Source: Heterodontus francisci
Taxonomy: Eukaryota
Direction of reading: 5' to 3'
Length of the DNA stretch: 64,000 nucleotides
NCBI RefSeq assembly: GCF_036365525.1
Contig: NC_090421.1
Span: forward strand, 7,072,725 to 7,136,724
The notes under the pieces are model-generated. The model saw only the letters and a list, made by a program, of their open reading frames with translations, made no database searches and had not been told where the DNA came from. This document shows positions 42,994 through 62,599 of the stretch, in pieces (positions within the stretch are counted from its first letter, which is position 1; every line of letters begins with the position of its first letter). Both the position numbers and the translations under genes were made by a program.

Positions 42994-44353
42994 AGATCAC
43001 CTCTCATTCTTCTAAACACCAGGGAATATAGACCTAGTCTACTCAACCTCTTCTCAGCGAATCCCCTCATCCCAGGAATCAAATCTGGTAAAGCTATGTT
43101 GCACTCATTTCAGAGTAAGTATGTCCTCCCCTCGGTGAGGACAAAACTGCACCCAGGACTCTAGATGTAGCCTCACCAATACGCTCTAGAATTATTGTAA
43201 GGCTTCTTGACTCTTCTACTCTAATTCCTTCATAAAAGCTAATATAACAATTTGCCTTTCTAATTGCTTGCTGTAACTGCATGTTAACTGATTCATGCAC
43301 AAGCACACCCAGGTCCCTCTGAATGTAAGCATTTCCCAGTCAATAATAATGTTTTTGTAATTTTTCCGACCAAAGTGGTAATTTCCCATTGTATTTCATC
43401 TGCTGTTCTTGCCTGCTCACCCAACCTATTCCTTTGCAGGCTCCCTGTATCCTCCTCACTTTCTGACCTAACTTGTATTGTCAGCAAAGTTGGATACATT
43501 ACCTCAGTTCCCTCCTCATCTAAATAATCAATGTAGATTGTACACAGCTGAGGCCCAAGTACTGATCCTTGCACTATCCACTAGTTGCAGCCTGCCACCC
43601 CAAAAATGTCCTGTTTATTAACCCAATCCTGAATATTCATTACCCACAATCCCATGTGTCCTAAAGAATTTCTCATCCAGTTGACATACAAACTTTTTTT
43701 TTTTTGGGTGGGGGCAATTGAAAAAACAAAAGCAAAACAGAAGGAAGTAAATAGGTCATTGGAGCAAGTCTGATCCTGAATTTGTTGACTATCTACACTC
43801 GTCAAATTGCTGGACATTTATTTTCCCCTGTCCTGACCACAAACAGAACGGTGAAAATTAAACCAACCCTACCATCAGGTTGGCTGATCAACTGATCAAG
43901 CCATGAAATATACCCCAAGCCCCAAATGTTACGTAGTCCCTAAACACCACAGCACAAAAAGGTTCCCATGTTAGGTTTTTCAATTTACTTCAAAGTTATC
44001 TCTGCTGGGAAGGTGGCAACATTTGAGAAATTATGATCCCTTGTTATGTCAACCCAATATAATTGTTTCAATGCATATCAACATCTGAATGCACACTTCA
44101 TCTCGGGCAATCACACAATTTTAAGTACCTAGAATACAAAGGATTGTGTCAAAGTTCCTTTTTAAACTTTGCTATGGATCAACTTTGGGAGGTTCCAAAA
44201 TACCACCAAGTTCCATTTAATACTGAAGATGCCAGTTTTGCTGTGCCCCATTAGCCAATGGATTCTGGTAGAAAGTGAGAGCAGCAGTTTATGTTTGATC
44301 TGTTTAACAAAATGTTAAAATGCAACAGAGGCAGATGAAAGACAGGGATCTTA

Positions 44354-44359
44354 TTTATT
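44354..44359 (-). terminator. Polyadenylation signal AATAAA of tubulin gene 2
   Basis: AATAAAtaagatccctgtc on the minus strand; the same context occurs after gene 3. Confidence 0.6.
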
Positions 44360-44810
44360 GAGAAAGCAAGACAGAACATGTGAGTTACATATGCAATAGA
44401 AGTTTGCTTTCACAATGCTGCACATCTCTACAGATCACTGAAATTTTAGCTGACATCACACCTTAAATTATGACTATCTATCCACTGATGTAAAGCCAAC
44501 TGAGGTTAATTGAAGAGGCTTGCATAACAATGTGAAATATGGTAATAGAGACTCAACATTGGTAGAAGAACGTTATAACAGAGCCATTTGCTTTAAATAT
44601 GGAATACAAACATCATTCCAGTTTTGAATGAAGAATGGACATGAATCATGCAGCAGTGTGTAACTGATTAGCAAATTGAAGGACCCCCACCCCCCCACTT
44701 CAAAGTTAGTCAATCTTCAATTACAAGTCACTATGTTGAACTCACAATGTTTTATACTTTTATCTTGGTTCCCTGTTACAGCAGCACCCTATTGTGATGT
44801 GAAAAACACT

Positions 44811-48569
<3,759 letters not shown>

Positions 48570-48633
48570 TTTTTCAAGTTATATTATCAATGAAATTGAG
48601 ATTTATAAAAGATGATTGTTACTTTGCTCGACA

Positions 48634-48834
48634 GTAACGGGTCGATATAAGTAACCGAATAGGAAATATTGGCGGATCGCGCTATTTTATATTGGTGGAG
48701 GCCGGCTTTACTCCGGTCTTTCGTTGATATTGGCTGCGAGGAAGAAGTAGGGTGGCGGGAGTTGATGTCAGTCAAATTTGATTGGGCAAATATCGATATT
48801 GGAAAACACGTCAGCTTTAACGGTACAAATCCTA
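48634..48834 (-). promoter_or_regulatory. Tubulin gene 2 core promoter (copy of the gene 1 promoter)
   Basis: TATAAAA at 48685-48691; the sequence is essentially identical to 30700-30900. Confidence 0.65.
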
Positions 48835-49851
48835 TCTCAGGAACTGCGCAAAAAAAACCCACTGCAGAATGTACTAGAAAAGGGGCGAGTACTTTTTGCA
48901 TGAGCAACTGATGAGATTTGAAGTGGAACATGTATTTTCTTCCTCCAGCTCTACTCTTTAATTCAAAGCTTTCATGTTCCAAAGATCAAATCTTTAAAAA
49001 GTGACATTTTGAAAAGCCCTCACATTTCATCTGCTTAATATTTGTAAGAAGGTTGCAGAAAAAAGCGCAAGTGGAAACTTTAATAGGGTCTCAGTATATG
49101 AATCATAAAATCTGTTCCCTGCAGGCATCTGCAGTAAGGGCGGGGATGAACGAGATTGCAGAATGCGGACTATGAGAAAAAGCAATTTGACCGAGCCTGC
49201 AGTTGCTGCCGAATTTACATCACACTTCCCTCATGTGTCCTTGACTCTTTATTTTAAGAATGTCAAAAAAGGACAGACGCTACACAGATTATACTAAAAT
49301 TATGCCGTGCATCATTACTTTAAACATGCCCAACCTTTGCTGCATTATAAAAAATTATCCTATATTGGTTAAATGTGGTTTCAGCGTGGATAACATTCAA
49401 ATAGAAGTATGCAGTGCAAAACTGCACCCAGTCGCTTACGGATGTGCCTGAGCCCAAGGGCCCATTACTAGTGGTGTCCCCCCAGAGACCAGTCCTCGGC
49501 CCACTACTGTGTGCTATTTTAATGAATGACCTGGACAGTGATGACGGTTGTTTGGTCACTGAGTTTGCGAAGGAGATCAAAATCTGTGCAATGTTTAAGA
49601 CACTAGAGAAATGCAATCTACGGCAAAGAAATTTAAACATGTTAGGGCAGCAGTTCTTAGACTTCTTTGGCAAATGGGCCGACAGAGTACACGTGTCACT
49701 TGCAGGGAGCGATACTGAAACAGGTTGAGATATCTCGGTCTTATTGTATATAGATATTCTTCACTAATGTAGAGAAGCTATAGATAAAGTTAATAGAATA
49801 TTGCATTGTATTAATAGAGCCATTCAGTATAAATCAAAGGACATAATTCAG

Positions 49852-52800
49852 CCCCCTCTGAAATGGCCTACCAATCCACTCAGTTGTACCAAAACAACTA
49901 AAATCTATAATAATAAAAACAGACAGAGCACCCAGCATGGACCTAGGCACCAAATTTACACATGACAAAGGCAAACCCAGGCACATCAACCCCGCAAAGC
50001 CCTCCTCACTAACAGCTGGGGACTTTTGTCAAAATTGGGAGAGCGGTCCTGCAGACGAGTTAAGAAACCAGCTGGTCATAGTCACACTCAATCATACCTT
50101 TCAGACAACATCCCAGACTCCTCCCTCACCATCCCTGGGTTTGTTCTGTCCCACCAACAGGACTGAGCCACCATAGGTGGCAACGACATAGTGGTATACA
50201 GTCAGGAGGGAGTAGGTCAGAGAACTCCACATTGACTTCTATGAAATCCCATGGCATCTGGTCAAACACAGGCAAGGAAACCTCCTGCTGATCACCATCT
50301 ACTCTCCGCCAGCTGATGAATCACTAGTCCTCCATGTAAACCACCACTTGGGAAGAAGCGGAGGGTAACAAGGGCATGGAACGTACTCATGGTGGAGGAC
50401 TTCAATATCCATCAAGAGTGGCTTGGTAGCATCACTAGTAACTGAGCTGGCCAAGTCCTGAAGGACATAGTTGCCAGACTGGACTAGCAGCAGGTAATGA
50501 GAGAACCAACACAAGAGTAAAAACCTACTTGACCTCATGCTCACCAATCTACCGGTCACAGATGCAGCTGTCCATGACAGTATTGGTAGGAGTGACCACC
50601 ACACAGTCCTTGTGGAAACAACGTCCTGTCTTCATACTGAGATAATCCACCATTGTGTTGTGTGGTACATACTAAATAGGATAGATGCAGATCTACCTCT
50701 TTATATTAATGATGACTGGCAGGTGTTAGAGTCAATTAATAAGGAAGTGAGTGCCTCCTTCTTAAAGGGACACAACCAATAAACTCACAAAAACAAAAAT
50801 TTAAAGGAAACTTAACAAATCAAATTAAAATCTGGTTTTGGGTGTGGATGAGGCATTCCAGTCCCTCTGGTGCTCACCAGTCACGGAAGGCCGCAAGCAT
50901 ACTGGCAGACACTGTGCTCCCTCAGAACAGATCTAGCAGCTCAAAACTGGGTATCCATGAGGTGCTTTGGGGTCATCAGCAGCAGAATTGTATTCCACAA
51001 CAATCTGTAACCTCATGGCCTGGCAGATCCCTCACTTTGGTTGGTCCCTTGGCTTGATAATAATGATGGAGTTTTTGTTATTCATTCATGGGATGTGGCA
51101 TCACTGGGAAAGCCAGTATTTATTGCCCATCCCTAATTGCCCTTCTAATTGGACAATTAAACAACTAATGGGAGGAGGAGGCTCCATGAATACCTCATCC
51201 CCAATGATGGAGCCTAGCATATCAGTTCAAAAGACAAGGCTGAAGCGTTTGCAACCATTTTCAGCCAGAAATGTCAAGTGGATGATCCATCTTGGCCTCC
51301 TCCTGAGGTACCCACCATCACAGTAGACAGTCTTCAGCCAATTTAATTCACTCCAGGTGACATCAAAAAATGGCTGCGCTCACTAGATACAGCTAAGGCA
51401 ATAGGCCCCAACAACATCTCAGCCATTGTACTGAAGACTTGTGCTCCAGAACTAATTATGCCTCCAGCCAAGCTGCTCCAGTACAGCTATAACACTGGCG
51501 TCTGCCCAACAATGTGGAAAATTGCCCAGTCCACAAAAAGCAGGATTAATCCATTCTGGCCAATTTCCACCCCATCAGCCTACTCTCAATCATTAGCAAA
51601 GTGATGGAAGGTGTTGCTGACAGTGCTATCAAGCGACACTTATTCACCAAATAACCAGTTCACCGCTGCTCAGTTTGTGTTCGGGCAGGACCACTTGGCT
51701 CCAGACCTCATTACAGCCTACTTTAGAGCTGAATTCCAGAGTGAGCTGAGAGTGATTGCCCTTGACATCAAGGCGGCCTCTGAGTGAGTGTGACATCAAG
51801 GAGACCTAGTAAAATTGAAGTCAATGAGAAGCAGGGGAAAGACTTTCCACTGGCTGGGATCATACCTAGCGCAAAGGAAAATGGTTGTGGTTATTGGAGG
51901 GCAATCATCTCAGCTCCAGGACATCACTGCAGGAGTTCCTCAGGGTAGTGTCCTAGGCCCAACCATCTTCAGCTGCTTCATCAATGACCTTCCCTCCATC
52001 ATAAGGTAGAAGTGGGGATGTTTGCTGATGATTGCACAGTGTTCAGTTCCATTCACAACTCTTCAGATATTGTAACAGTCTGTGCCCACCTGCAGTAAGA
52101 TCTGGAGAGCATTGAGGCTTGGGCTGCTAAGTGGCAACGAACATTTGTGCCACACAAGCGCAAAGCAATGATCATCTCCAACAAGAGAGAATCTAACCAC
52201 TCACCTTGACATTCAACAACATTATCATTGTTGAATTCCCCACCATCAACATCCTGGGGGTTACCATTGACCAGAAACTTTACTGGACACATAAATACTG
52301 TGACTACAAGAGCAGGTCAGAGGCTGGGTATTCTGCAGCGAGTGACTCACCTCCTGACTCCCCACCTACAAGGCACAAGTCAAGAAATGGAATACTCTCC
52401 ATTTTCCTGGATGATTGCAGCTCCAACAACACTCAAGGAGCTCAACACCATACAGGACAAACCCCATTCGATTAGTACCCCATCCACCACCATAAACATT
52501 CACTCCCTCCACCACTGGCACATCGTGGCTGCAGTGTGTAACATCTACAAGATGCACTGCAGCAACTCGCCAAGGCGTCATTGACAGCACCTCCAAAACC
52601 CATGACCTCAACTACCTAGAAGGCCAACAGCAGCTGACTCATGGGAACACCACAACCTCCAAGTGACATACCATCCTGACTTGGAAATATATCACCATCC
52701 CTTCATCATAGCTGGGAGAATATCCTGGAACTCCCTCCCTAATAGCACTGTGGGAGCACCTTCGCCAGGCGGACTGCAGCGGCTCAAGAAGGCAGCTCAC

Positions 52801-52884
52801 CAGCACCTTCTCAAGGGCAGTTAGGGATGGGTAATAAATGCTGGCCTTGCCAGTGACATCCACATCCTGTGAATGAATAAAAAA
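49852..52884 (+). mobile_element. Degenerate CR1/L2-group LINE (near full ORF2 span)
   Basis: Remnant APE (DFN, SDH) and RT (GVPQGSVLGP, FADD) motifs. Its 3' end taaatgctggccttgccag...gaatgaataaaaaaa also occurs at about 14670, 18545 (minus) and 20790. It interrupts sequence that is contiguous at 35680. Confidence 0.75.
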
Positions 52885-53267
52885 AGTCATTGTACAGGTC
52901 ATTGGTTAGACCACATCTGGTGTACTGCACCTAGACAAGGCAGTGTCTAGTCATGATGCCCTGGCCATCATGGTATGGGGCAGGCTTGATGGACCCATTG
53001 GCCTTTACCTGCCCATCAATTTCTCTTGTCCATCCCTGATTTTCTTCACTCCACCATTGGCAACTGTGCTTTCAGCCATCTAGGCTCTAAGCTCTGGAAT
53101 TCCCTCCTTAAACCTCTCTCTCCTCCTTCAAGATGCTCATTAAAACATATCTCTTTCACCAAGCTTTTGTTTCCTTATCCTAATATCTCCTTATGTGGCT
53201 TGGTGTTAAAATGTGTTAATCGCTCCTGTAAAATGCCATAGATTTACATTAAAGGTGCTCTATAAAT

Positions 53268-56200
53268 TGTTATAGACAGCTGGAAAGGGGTGTGGGTGGT
53301 TCCCACTGTTCACCTCTCAACTGACAGCAATCTTGTTTTGTTAAAATGATGTGTTAGCCCCGGAGTGTCTTTCAGGTCAAATAAATAGACAAGTGACAGG
53401 TTTTCTTGTAGGTTAAAAAAAATAACTATTTTACATAATTCCCGAAATGGTTACAACCTCACCCATGCACACATCCACTCACACACACTTACACAAGAAT
53501 AGATAGATAGAAAGAAAAAGGGTAAGTAGTTTAAAGTTGAAAGTGAGGTAGTTGTTCACAGTTTACAGTAAACCTGTTGAACTTTCTCTGGAGGACAGTT
53601 TCTTTTAAAGGTGTAGGCCTGGGTGTTTGTAGTCTTGAACTTGTTGAGATGTTGTAGATTTTCTGATGGTTAAAACTTCAGACTGGAGGTGGTGGTCACT
53701 TTATGTTCTCTGCTGCAGCAAGTTGAAGTGTAGAATTGGCAGCAGGGTTTCTTCCTTGCTTGCCTAGATCTCTTTGACAGTCCCTGGCTGGACTGCTTTC
53801 TGAAGCTGTTGGCTTGATCTCCCCCTATCTCTCCAGAGGGTTACCCTTTTTTATGGTAAAAAAAATTCATCATATTAGAGTGGCCTGCTCCCCTGGTGTG
53901 ACCACATAATGGATTAGAATGTGGAGACCATGGCTATCGATTGATGTCTGAATGGGGGCCCTTTTGTTAATACAGTGCTACTTCACACCTACTCAATATT
54001 GGTTTGGGTTGCGAGTCTATCTGTCTCCAGTATCCTTTGTTATTTCATTCATGCTGATAAGAGGAATATGCAATAGTGCTCTTTTCAATTTCAAAGGGAT
54101 TCTCCCCAGAGCTATTTCAGACAGGTTAACAAGTTCCATTCTTGTAGACAGATTTGTTGATTTCCAGTACAGGTGGGGTCACGTGACTGCTACTCCATTT
54201 TGACTGTGGTACAAGTATCCATGTTCTTGTGGTTTTGTTTAACAGTTGACTTTTTAAATTCATAATTCTTCCATTCCATTGTTTATTTCATCACGGCTCC
54301 CCACAAAAGGGAAAAAATGAAATTCCTTGGTATTTCATTTTTTGTTTTCTCTCAGAAAGAAGGAAAGTATGATATAGGATAGCAGACATGTCCACATTCA
54401 TCCCATGTGAACTCATCTCAGTCAATCTCAGGCTTCCAGTCATGACTTATGTACAGGCTTTTTGGTTGTACAGTGTTTTACATTATGGACAAGGCATCTG
54501 CTATAATGTTGTTCTTTCCAGCTATATGTACAATTTTCAGGTTGAATGCCTGGAGAAGCAAGTTCCATTGAAACAGTCTGGAATTTTTAACTTTGAATTT
54601 ATCCAGGAATTTTAGGGGGTTGTGGTCGGTGTAAATTTGAATTCCTCAATGTCTGTATTTGGCATCGACTTTGAAATGTGAAAGGGTGAGTAGGAGCCCT
54701 AATGCCTCCTTTTCTGTGTTGGATTTTTTTTATGTTTATTTAATTTTTTTGGAAAATAGCCAATTGGCCTTTCTAGGCCTGAATCGTCATCTTGGAATGG
54801 AACGGCCCTCACTCCGACATCAATAGCCATTTTAAAGGACTTGTGAAAGTTTGACGCTGCTAATACTGGATCTTTTGTTAAGATTGCCTTTAACTTTTTG
54901 AAAGCCATCTGGCACCACTCTGACCATATCACTTTTACACTCTTCTTCAACAAGTCAGTTAAAGGTGCAGCTATGGTGCTGAAATTTGGAACAAATTTTT
55001 GGTAAAACCCACACATTCCCAGGAAACACATTATTCCCTCTTTTTTTGGGGAATGGGGCAATCTACCAGGGCTTGCACTTTTGCTGCCCTTGGCAACACT
55101 TGACCATGGCCTACAATGTCACCTAATTAGGTTACTTTGGCCTGAGCGAACTCACTCTTTGCTAGATTAGCTAGGTGGGTTCTCTGTAAACCCTTGATGA
55201 GTTTCCTTAGATGGTTCAGGTGATCTTCCCAGGTATCACTGTAAACTAACAGGACATCCAGGTAGACAACACAGTTGTTTCATCCAGCTACTACCTGGTT
55301 CATGAGACTTTGGAAAGTTGCTGGGGCATTCTTTAAACAAAATGGCATTACTTTACATTAGTATAAGCCATTGGGGGTGACAAATGCTGAACTTTCTTTT
55401 GCTCGAGTGGTCATGGGGACTTGCCAATATCCTTTCAGTAAGTCAATTTTACTAATATAGGTGGAGCTTCCTACTCAGTCAATGCAGTCCTCAATACGGG
55501 GGATTGAATATGAGTCTGTTTGTGTTACTGCATTCATTTTGTGGTAATCAATGCAAAGTCTGGTTGATCCATCAGGTTTGGGTACCAATACAATAGGGGA
55601 ACTCCAGCTACTTTGGTTTGGTTCAATTAAATCATTGTCCAGCATATATTTGATTTCTATGCAAACTTGAGCCAATTTGTCACGGCTCAGTCTGTATGGG
55701 TTTTGTTTTATTGGTGGGGTCTCTCCTACATCTATATTGTGTATTGTTGAGGATGTATGACCTGGTTTGTCCCTGCAAACTTCCTCAAACTCCCTTAGCA
55801 GTGTTGCTCGGACCTGTCTCTGTTGGTCAGAGAGATTGTTGAATATGGTATCTGGTCTCAATATTTCTGTATTTTCCAATTTCATGGTGGTGGGTTCAAT
55901 TTGAGGATTTTCTGTGTTCTCTTCCTCACTTAGTTGGTCTTCATCAGTGCTGTCTTCCTCTACTGCACTTTCAGTTTGGCATACAGTTACTGCTTTATCT
56001 GGTTCTCATCAGTGGTATTGTTCTAATAGATTGATGTGACACAGTCTTTGCTTTTTTCTCCAGTCTGGGGTATTAATCAAGTAATTCACATCATTCACCT
56101 TTTTCCCTATACTGTATGGGCCACTGAATCACTGAATCTGGCTTTTCGGGATTCCGCTTGCAATGGTAACAGTACTAGAACCTGGTCCCCCAATTTGAAT

Positions 56201-58498
56201 TCTCGGGCTGCAGCCTTTTTGTCTTGCTGCTTTTAGGTGTTCTTTTGCTGCAGCACAGGATTTAAAAAGTCTCTCACGAAAGGTGGATACATAATATAGT
56301 AGTGAGATTTCCTCCCTTTGATCCAGGAATTGATCTTTAATCAGTTTCAGGGCATCTCACCTCATGTCCAAAAACTAATTCAAATGGGCTGAAACCTGTG
56401 GCTTCGTTTGGTGAATCTTTAGTAGCAAACCGTAAGAACGCTATTCCTTTATCCCAGTCATGGGGGTAATTACAGCAATATGCCCTGATCATGGTTTTCA
56501 GGGTTTGATGATATCGTTCCAGAGCCCCTTGGGACTGTGGGTGGTATGCTGAAGATTTCAGCTGGCCAATACCAAGGCTGTGTACTACTTCTTGGAATGT
56601 TCAGGACTTGAAATTAGCATCGTGTTCGGACTTAGTTTCTTTGGGCAAGCCGTATCGTGTGCAAAATTTAACCACATCTTTGTGGATTTGTAGCCAGTAA
56701 GAGTGTGGGCTTATCCAGGCCTGGGTCTTTCTGATACCCACGTGCCCATCCATAGGGATTTCATGGGTAATTCTCAAAATTTCCATATGATATTTAGGGG
56801 GAACCACAATTTGGTGAACTGCTGTCCACTCCTCCTCTGCAGGTTGCTGTGGGTCTCCATTTACTCATCAGGATTTCATTCTTAAAATAGTAGCACTCAG
56901 GCAGTTTCTCTGCCTCAGAATAGGCTGTCAGCACTATCCTTTTTTAAATCAGGGTCTGTCTGCTGGGCCTCAATTAAGTAGGGCCTGTTGTATACCTCCC
57001 CTAAATCTCCAAAAATAATTTCAGCCAGCCAGACCTCAGGGTCACCTGACTGAATTACTGGCTCAGCCTGCTCTGTTGGAGCTTGCTTAACCATGGACCG
57101 TGTCACTACTCAGGCAGGAAAGATTACAGGGACTTCTTCCTGTATTTATTCTGTCTCCCTGGCCTCATTTGGCTGGTCTAAGACCACTGGAGCTGCTACC
57201 ACTTTACCTCTAGCCAAATCATTGCCTAACAGCAAATCTATTCCAGCCATAGGCAGGTTTTTAAATCTTAAATACTAAATTGATTTAACTGATCATGGGA
57301 TATGCCTCCCTGCCCTACAAACTCTTCAGTATTAAATGTGGCCATGTCTTTTTGTTTCTAGCACTATAAAGAAGAAAATAATGACACGAGAAAACCTGTT
57401 TGTTCAATTGTCCTCCCATTTCCAAATCTCTTGTTTAATCCGATTATTCAAAAATCTCAGCTTCAAGTCCCTAACTTGTTACAGACAGGTGGAAAGGGGT
57501 GTGGGTAGTTCCCACTGTTCACCTCCCAACTGACAGCAATTGTGTTTTGTTAAAATGCTGTGTTAGCCCAAGTGTCTTTCGGGTCAAGTAAATAGACAAG
57601 TGACAGTTTACTCATAGGTTAAAAAAAAAAATCTTTGCACAATTCCCAAAATGTTCACAACCTCACCCAAGCACACATACACAAGAATAGATAGATAGAG
57701 AAAAAAATGGTAAGTAGTTTAAAGTGAGGTAAGTGTTTGTGGTTTATGGTAAACCTGTTGATTTTTCTCAGGAGGACAGTCTGTTTTAAAGGTGCAGGCC
57801 TGGGTATTTGTAGTCTTGAACTTGTCGATATGTTGTAGATGTTCTGGTGGTTAAAACTTCAGACTGGAGGTGGTGGTCACTTTAAGTTCTCTGCTGCAGT
57901 AGAATTAGCAGCCGGGTTTCTTCCATACTTGGCTAGATCTTTTTCACAATCCCTGGTTGGACTGCTTCCTGAAGGTGTTAGCTTGGTCTCTTCCACCCCC
58001 CTCTCCCCTCTCTCTCTAGAGGGTTACTTTTTTTTTTAAAAGGTAAAACATTTATCACATTAGAGTTTCACTCCCCTAGTGTAACCACACAATGGACCAG
58101 GATGTGGAGACCATTGCTATCGCTTGACATTTGACTGGGGACTATTCTGTTAACATGGTGCTACTTCACACCTACTCAATGTTGGTTTGGGCTGTGAGTC
58201 TGTCTGTCTCCAGTATCCTTTGTTAGTTCATTCATGTTAAGAGTAATATGCAATAGTACTCTTTTTAATTTCAAAGGGGCTCTCCCCAGAGCTGTTTCAG
58301 AAAGATTAACTAGTTCCTTTCTTGTAGGCAGGTTTGTTGATTTCTAGTACAGGAGGGATCATATGACTGCTATTCCACTTAGACTGTGGTACAAGGGTCC
58401 ACATTCTTATGGTTTTGTTTAACAGTTGATTTTTTTCTTAAATTCACAATTCTTCCATTTCATTGATGAAATAAACACAGCTCCTTCCAAGCATAACA
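53268..58498 (-). mobile_element. Gmr1-like Ty3/Gypsy LTR retrotransposon, decayed; LTRs about 53268-54300 and 57477-58498
   Basis: TGTTAT...ATAACA outer ends and TSD AAAT (53264-53267, 58499-58502). Internal minus-strand remnants: gag start, integrase (HHCC; HPQSQGALER), then RT (SSPIVLVPKPDG, CIDY, YLDV), then RNase H. Confidence 0.88.
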
Positions 58499-59189
58499 AA
58501 ATGCAAGTCACTGTTTTTGAAATAAGGGTAGAAAATTGGAGGTGGCATTTACACAAGCTAACAAAATGGTGAAACCACTGATTGAGCCAAATAGCTTACC
58601 CCTGTTTCAAGGCAAAAAATGCCGAGAAGAATCAAACTTCTAGGTGCTGGCTTTTCAACACTTGAGGCTCACATGGAGAGCAGCAGTTTGAAAAAGTAAA
58701 CCTTAAGCTATTGCAAGGAACGAAATCCCAACTGGATGTAAAAATTCACAAAGGGCACAAAAATGGTCCTCAGGATATGTACCTATTTCTATGTTAATCA
58801 GCCAAACTGCTTTAAGCTCAGCTCTCTTTCAGTGTGGCTATTCCATTTCTCAGTATATAAAAATTCATGTGAATCCTCTTGCCTTAGGTCAGCCCTGTAT
58901 TATTGCATTAAGATATTGTTACGTTGAAATGCACTCTATCTAGGGTCTTAAATATTTACAAGACAATTTTCAGTACCTCGAATACAAGGATTGAGTTCAA
59001 GTTCCTTTTTCATCTTTGAAAAAGTTAAATGGTGGTATTTTGGAACTTCCAGGTCCCATTTAATACTGAAGATACCAGCTTTTGCTGTGCCCCATTAGCC
59101 AATGGATTCTAGAAAATGAGCACAGCAGTTTACATTTGATCTGTTCAACAAATGTAAAAATGCAACAGAGGCAGAAGACAGGGATCTTA

Positions 59190-59195
59190 TTTATT
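59190..59195 (-). terminator. Polyadenylation signal AATAAA of tubulin gene 3
   Basis: AATAAAtaagatccctgtctt on the minus strand. Confidence 0.6.
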
Positions 59196-59683
59196 GAGAA
59201 AACAAGACAGAACATGTGAGTTACATTTGCAACAGAAGTTCACTTTTGCAATGCTGCACATCAATTGCTCAAATTCAGATGTACATTGCTACAGATTCAA
59301 CTGATAATGAGCTAAAAATTCAATCACACCTCGATTAAATAATAAAAAAAGACCCAAAGCCAGTTGAGGTCAATTGAGAATGCCTGGCATAATGATTTGG
59401 AATATAATGTAGCACAAGAGACTCAACATCGGATGGAAGAAAAAAGATGTCTAAACAGAGTATATGCTTTTTAAAATAAATATGGAATGCAATCATTTAA
59501 GGTGTGATTGAACAATAATGGCATGATTTATGCAGCCGTGCGTAACTGATGATTAGCAAATTGAAGGACCCCACTTCAAGTCAGTCAATCTTAAGTTACA
59601 ATTCACTGTTTAACTCACAATGTTTTATACTTTTATCTTGGTTCCCTGTTACAGCAGCACCCTATTATGATGTGAAAAACACT

Positions 59684-61375
<1,692 letters not shown>

Positions 61376-62599
61376 CTACAGAGAAACAAATACAAAGTTT
61401 TGATCAGCTACTTGAATACCTTGCCTAATACTCATTACATACAGGTTTATTTCTGCATTCGTGCTCATCCCAAGCACCAGCTTTAGGAGCTGGTCAACTG
61501 CTCCCCCAGTGTGGAGGCCAATATACCCCCCTGAATCAGCTACAAATCTATTATCGGATGGTTGTCTCAGACATCTTGTTGACCAGCTGATTGTACAAGT
61601 CACGACTGTCCTAATTAAAACCTCTAAATGGTGAAGGGAGGCAGTGTTTTGGGGCTACACAGTAACTTAAGAGGTAGGACAGCAAGACATTTAGTTTGTA
61701 TGAAGCAGCTGTACTTGTGCTGGACTCACTGGCAGCTCAATATGGTGGAAAGTGGTCAGGGGCAGTATTGCTATCATTGTGGTTGTGTGCGCATTGGTGG
61801 TTACTTGGAAATTGATGTTAAAAGAAACCATATCAATAGAAGGGGGTCAACGTGTGTGTTTTTCTGTGTGCACATTTGCATTTGCAGGGCAAGTGGTCTC
61901 ACATGTGGTAGGAGTGGGACGCATGTTTGAGGGAGGTACCATGAAGAAGCAGATACAGGCGAGAATTTTATGGTGGATGGGCCAAAAAGTCAGGAGTGAG
62001 CTCACCTCCACTGGTCCTGGGAGGCACACTGGGATTTTCTTTGCTCCCTCGGCACTCACTTGGCCTTGGGCAGGACTGCCACTTGAGGCAGGCCAGCAGC
62101 TTAGTTCCAGCAATGCCACTGGGAGCAGTGGCCACTACAGGGACTGCACCCAGCCAACAGAAGCAAGAGGGACAGCAGCCCTGTAACCAAGGTATATTTT
62201 TGGGGACTCACTGGGGACAATTGGCCAGACCCCAGCCCGCAAGGCCACCAGGTTTTACTTGGCAGTGTTCTGGGGGCCTTTGCCATCCACTGGCTGAGGG
62301 GGAAATACCAATGGCGGCAGAAGGAGACCCTTAAGTGGAAGTTAATTGGCCACTTGAGGATTTTGATTGGCCTGGGGCAGGCAGGCCATTTCTTGCCACC
62401 ACCTGCTTGTGGGGGCCATAAAATTCTGGCCATACAGACAGCTTGAGTGTAAATATCAAGTCTAATATGGACAGAAACAGGATTGAATTTAGTAACTCAG
62501 GTTTGCAGCTGATACAGAAATTGGGCACATCACCCAGCAATTCAGCAAGTTTTATCGTACCTCCTCAGCACACCCCCCCCCCCCCCATATTGTTTAAGA

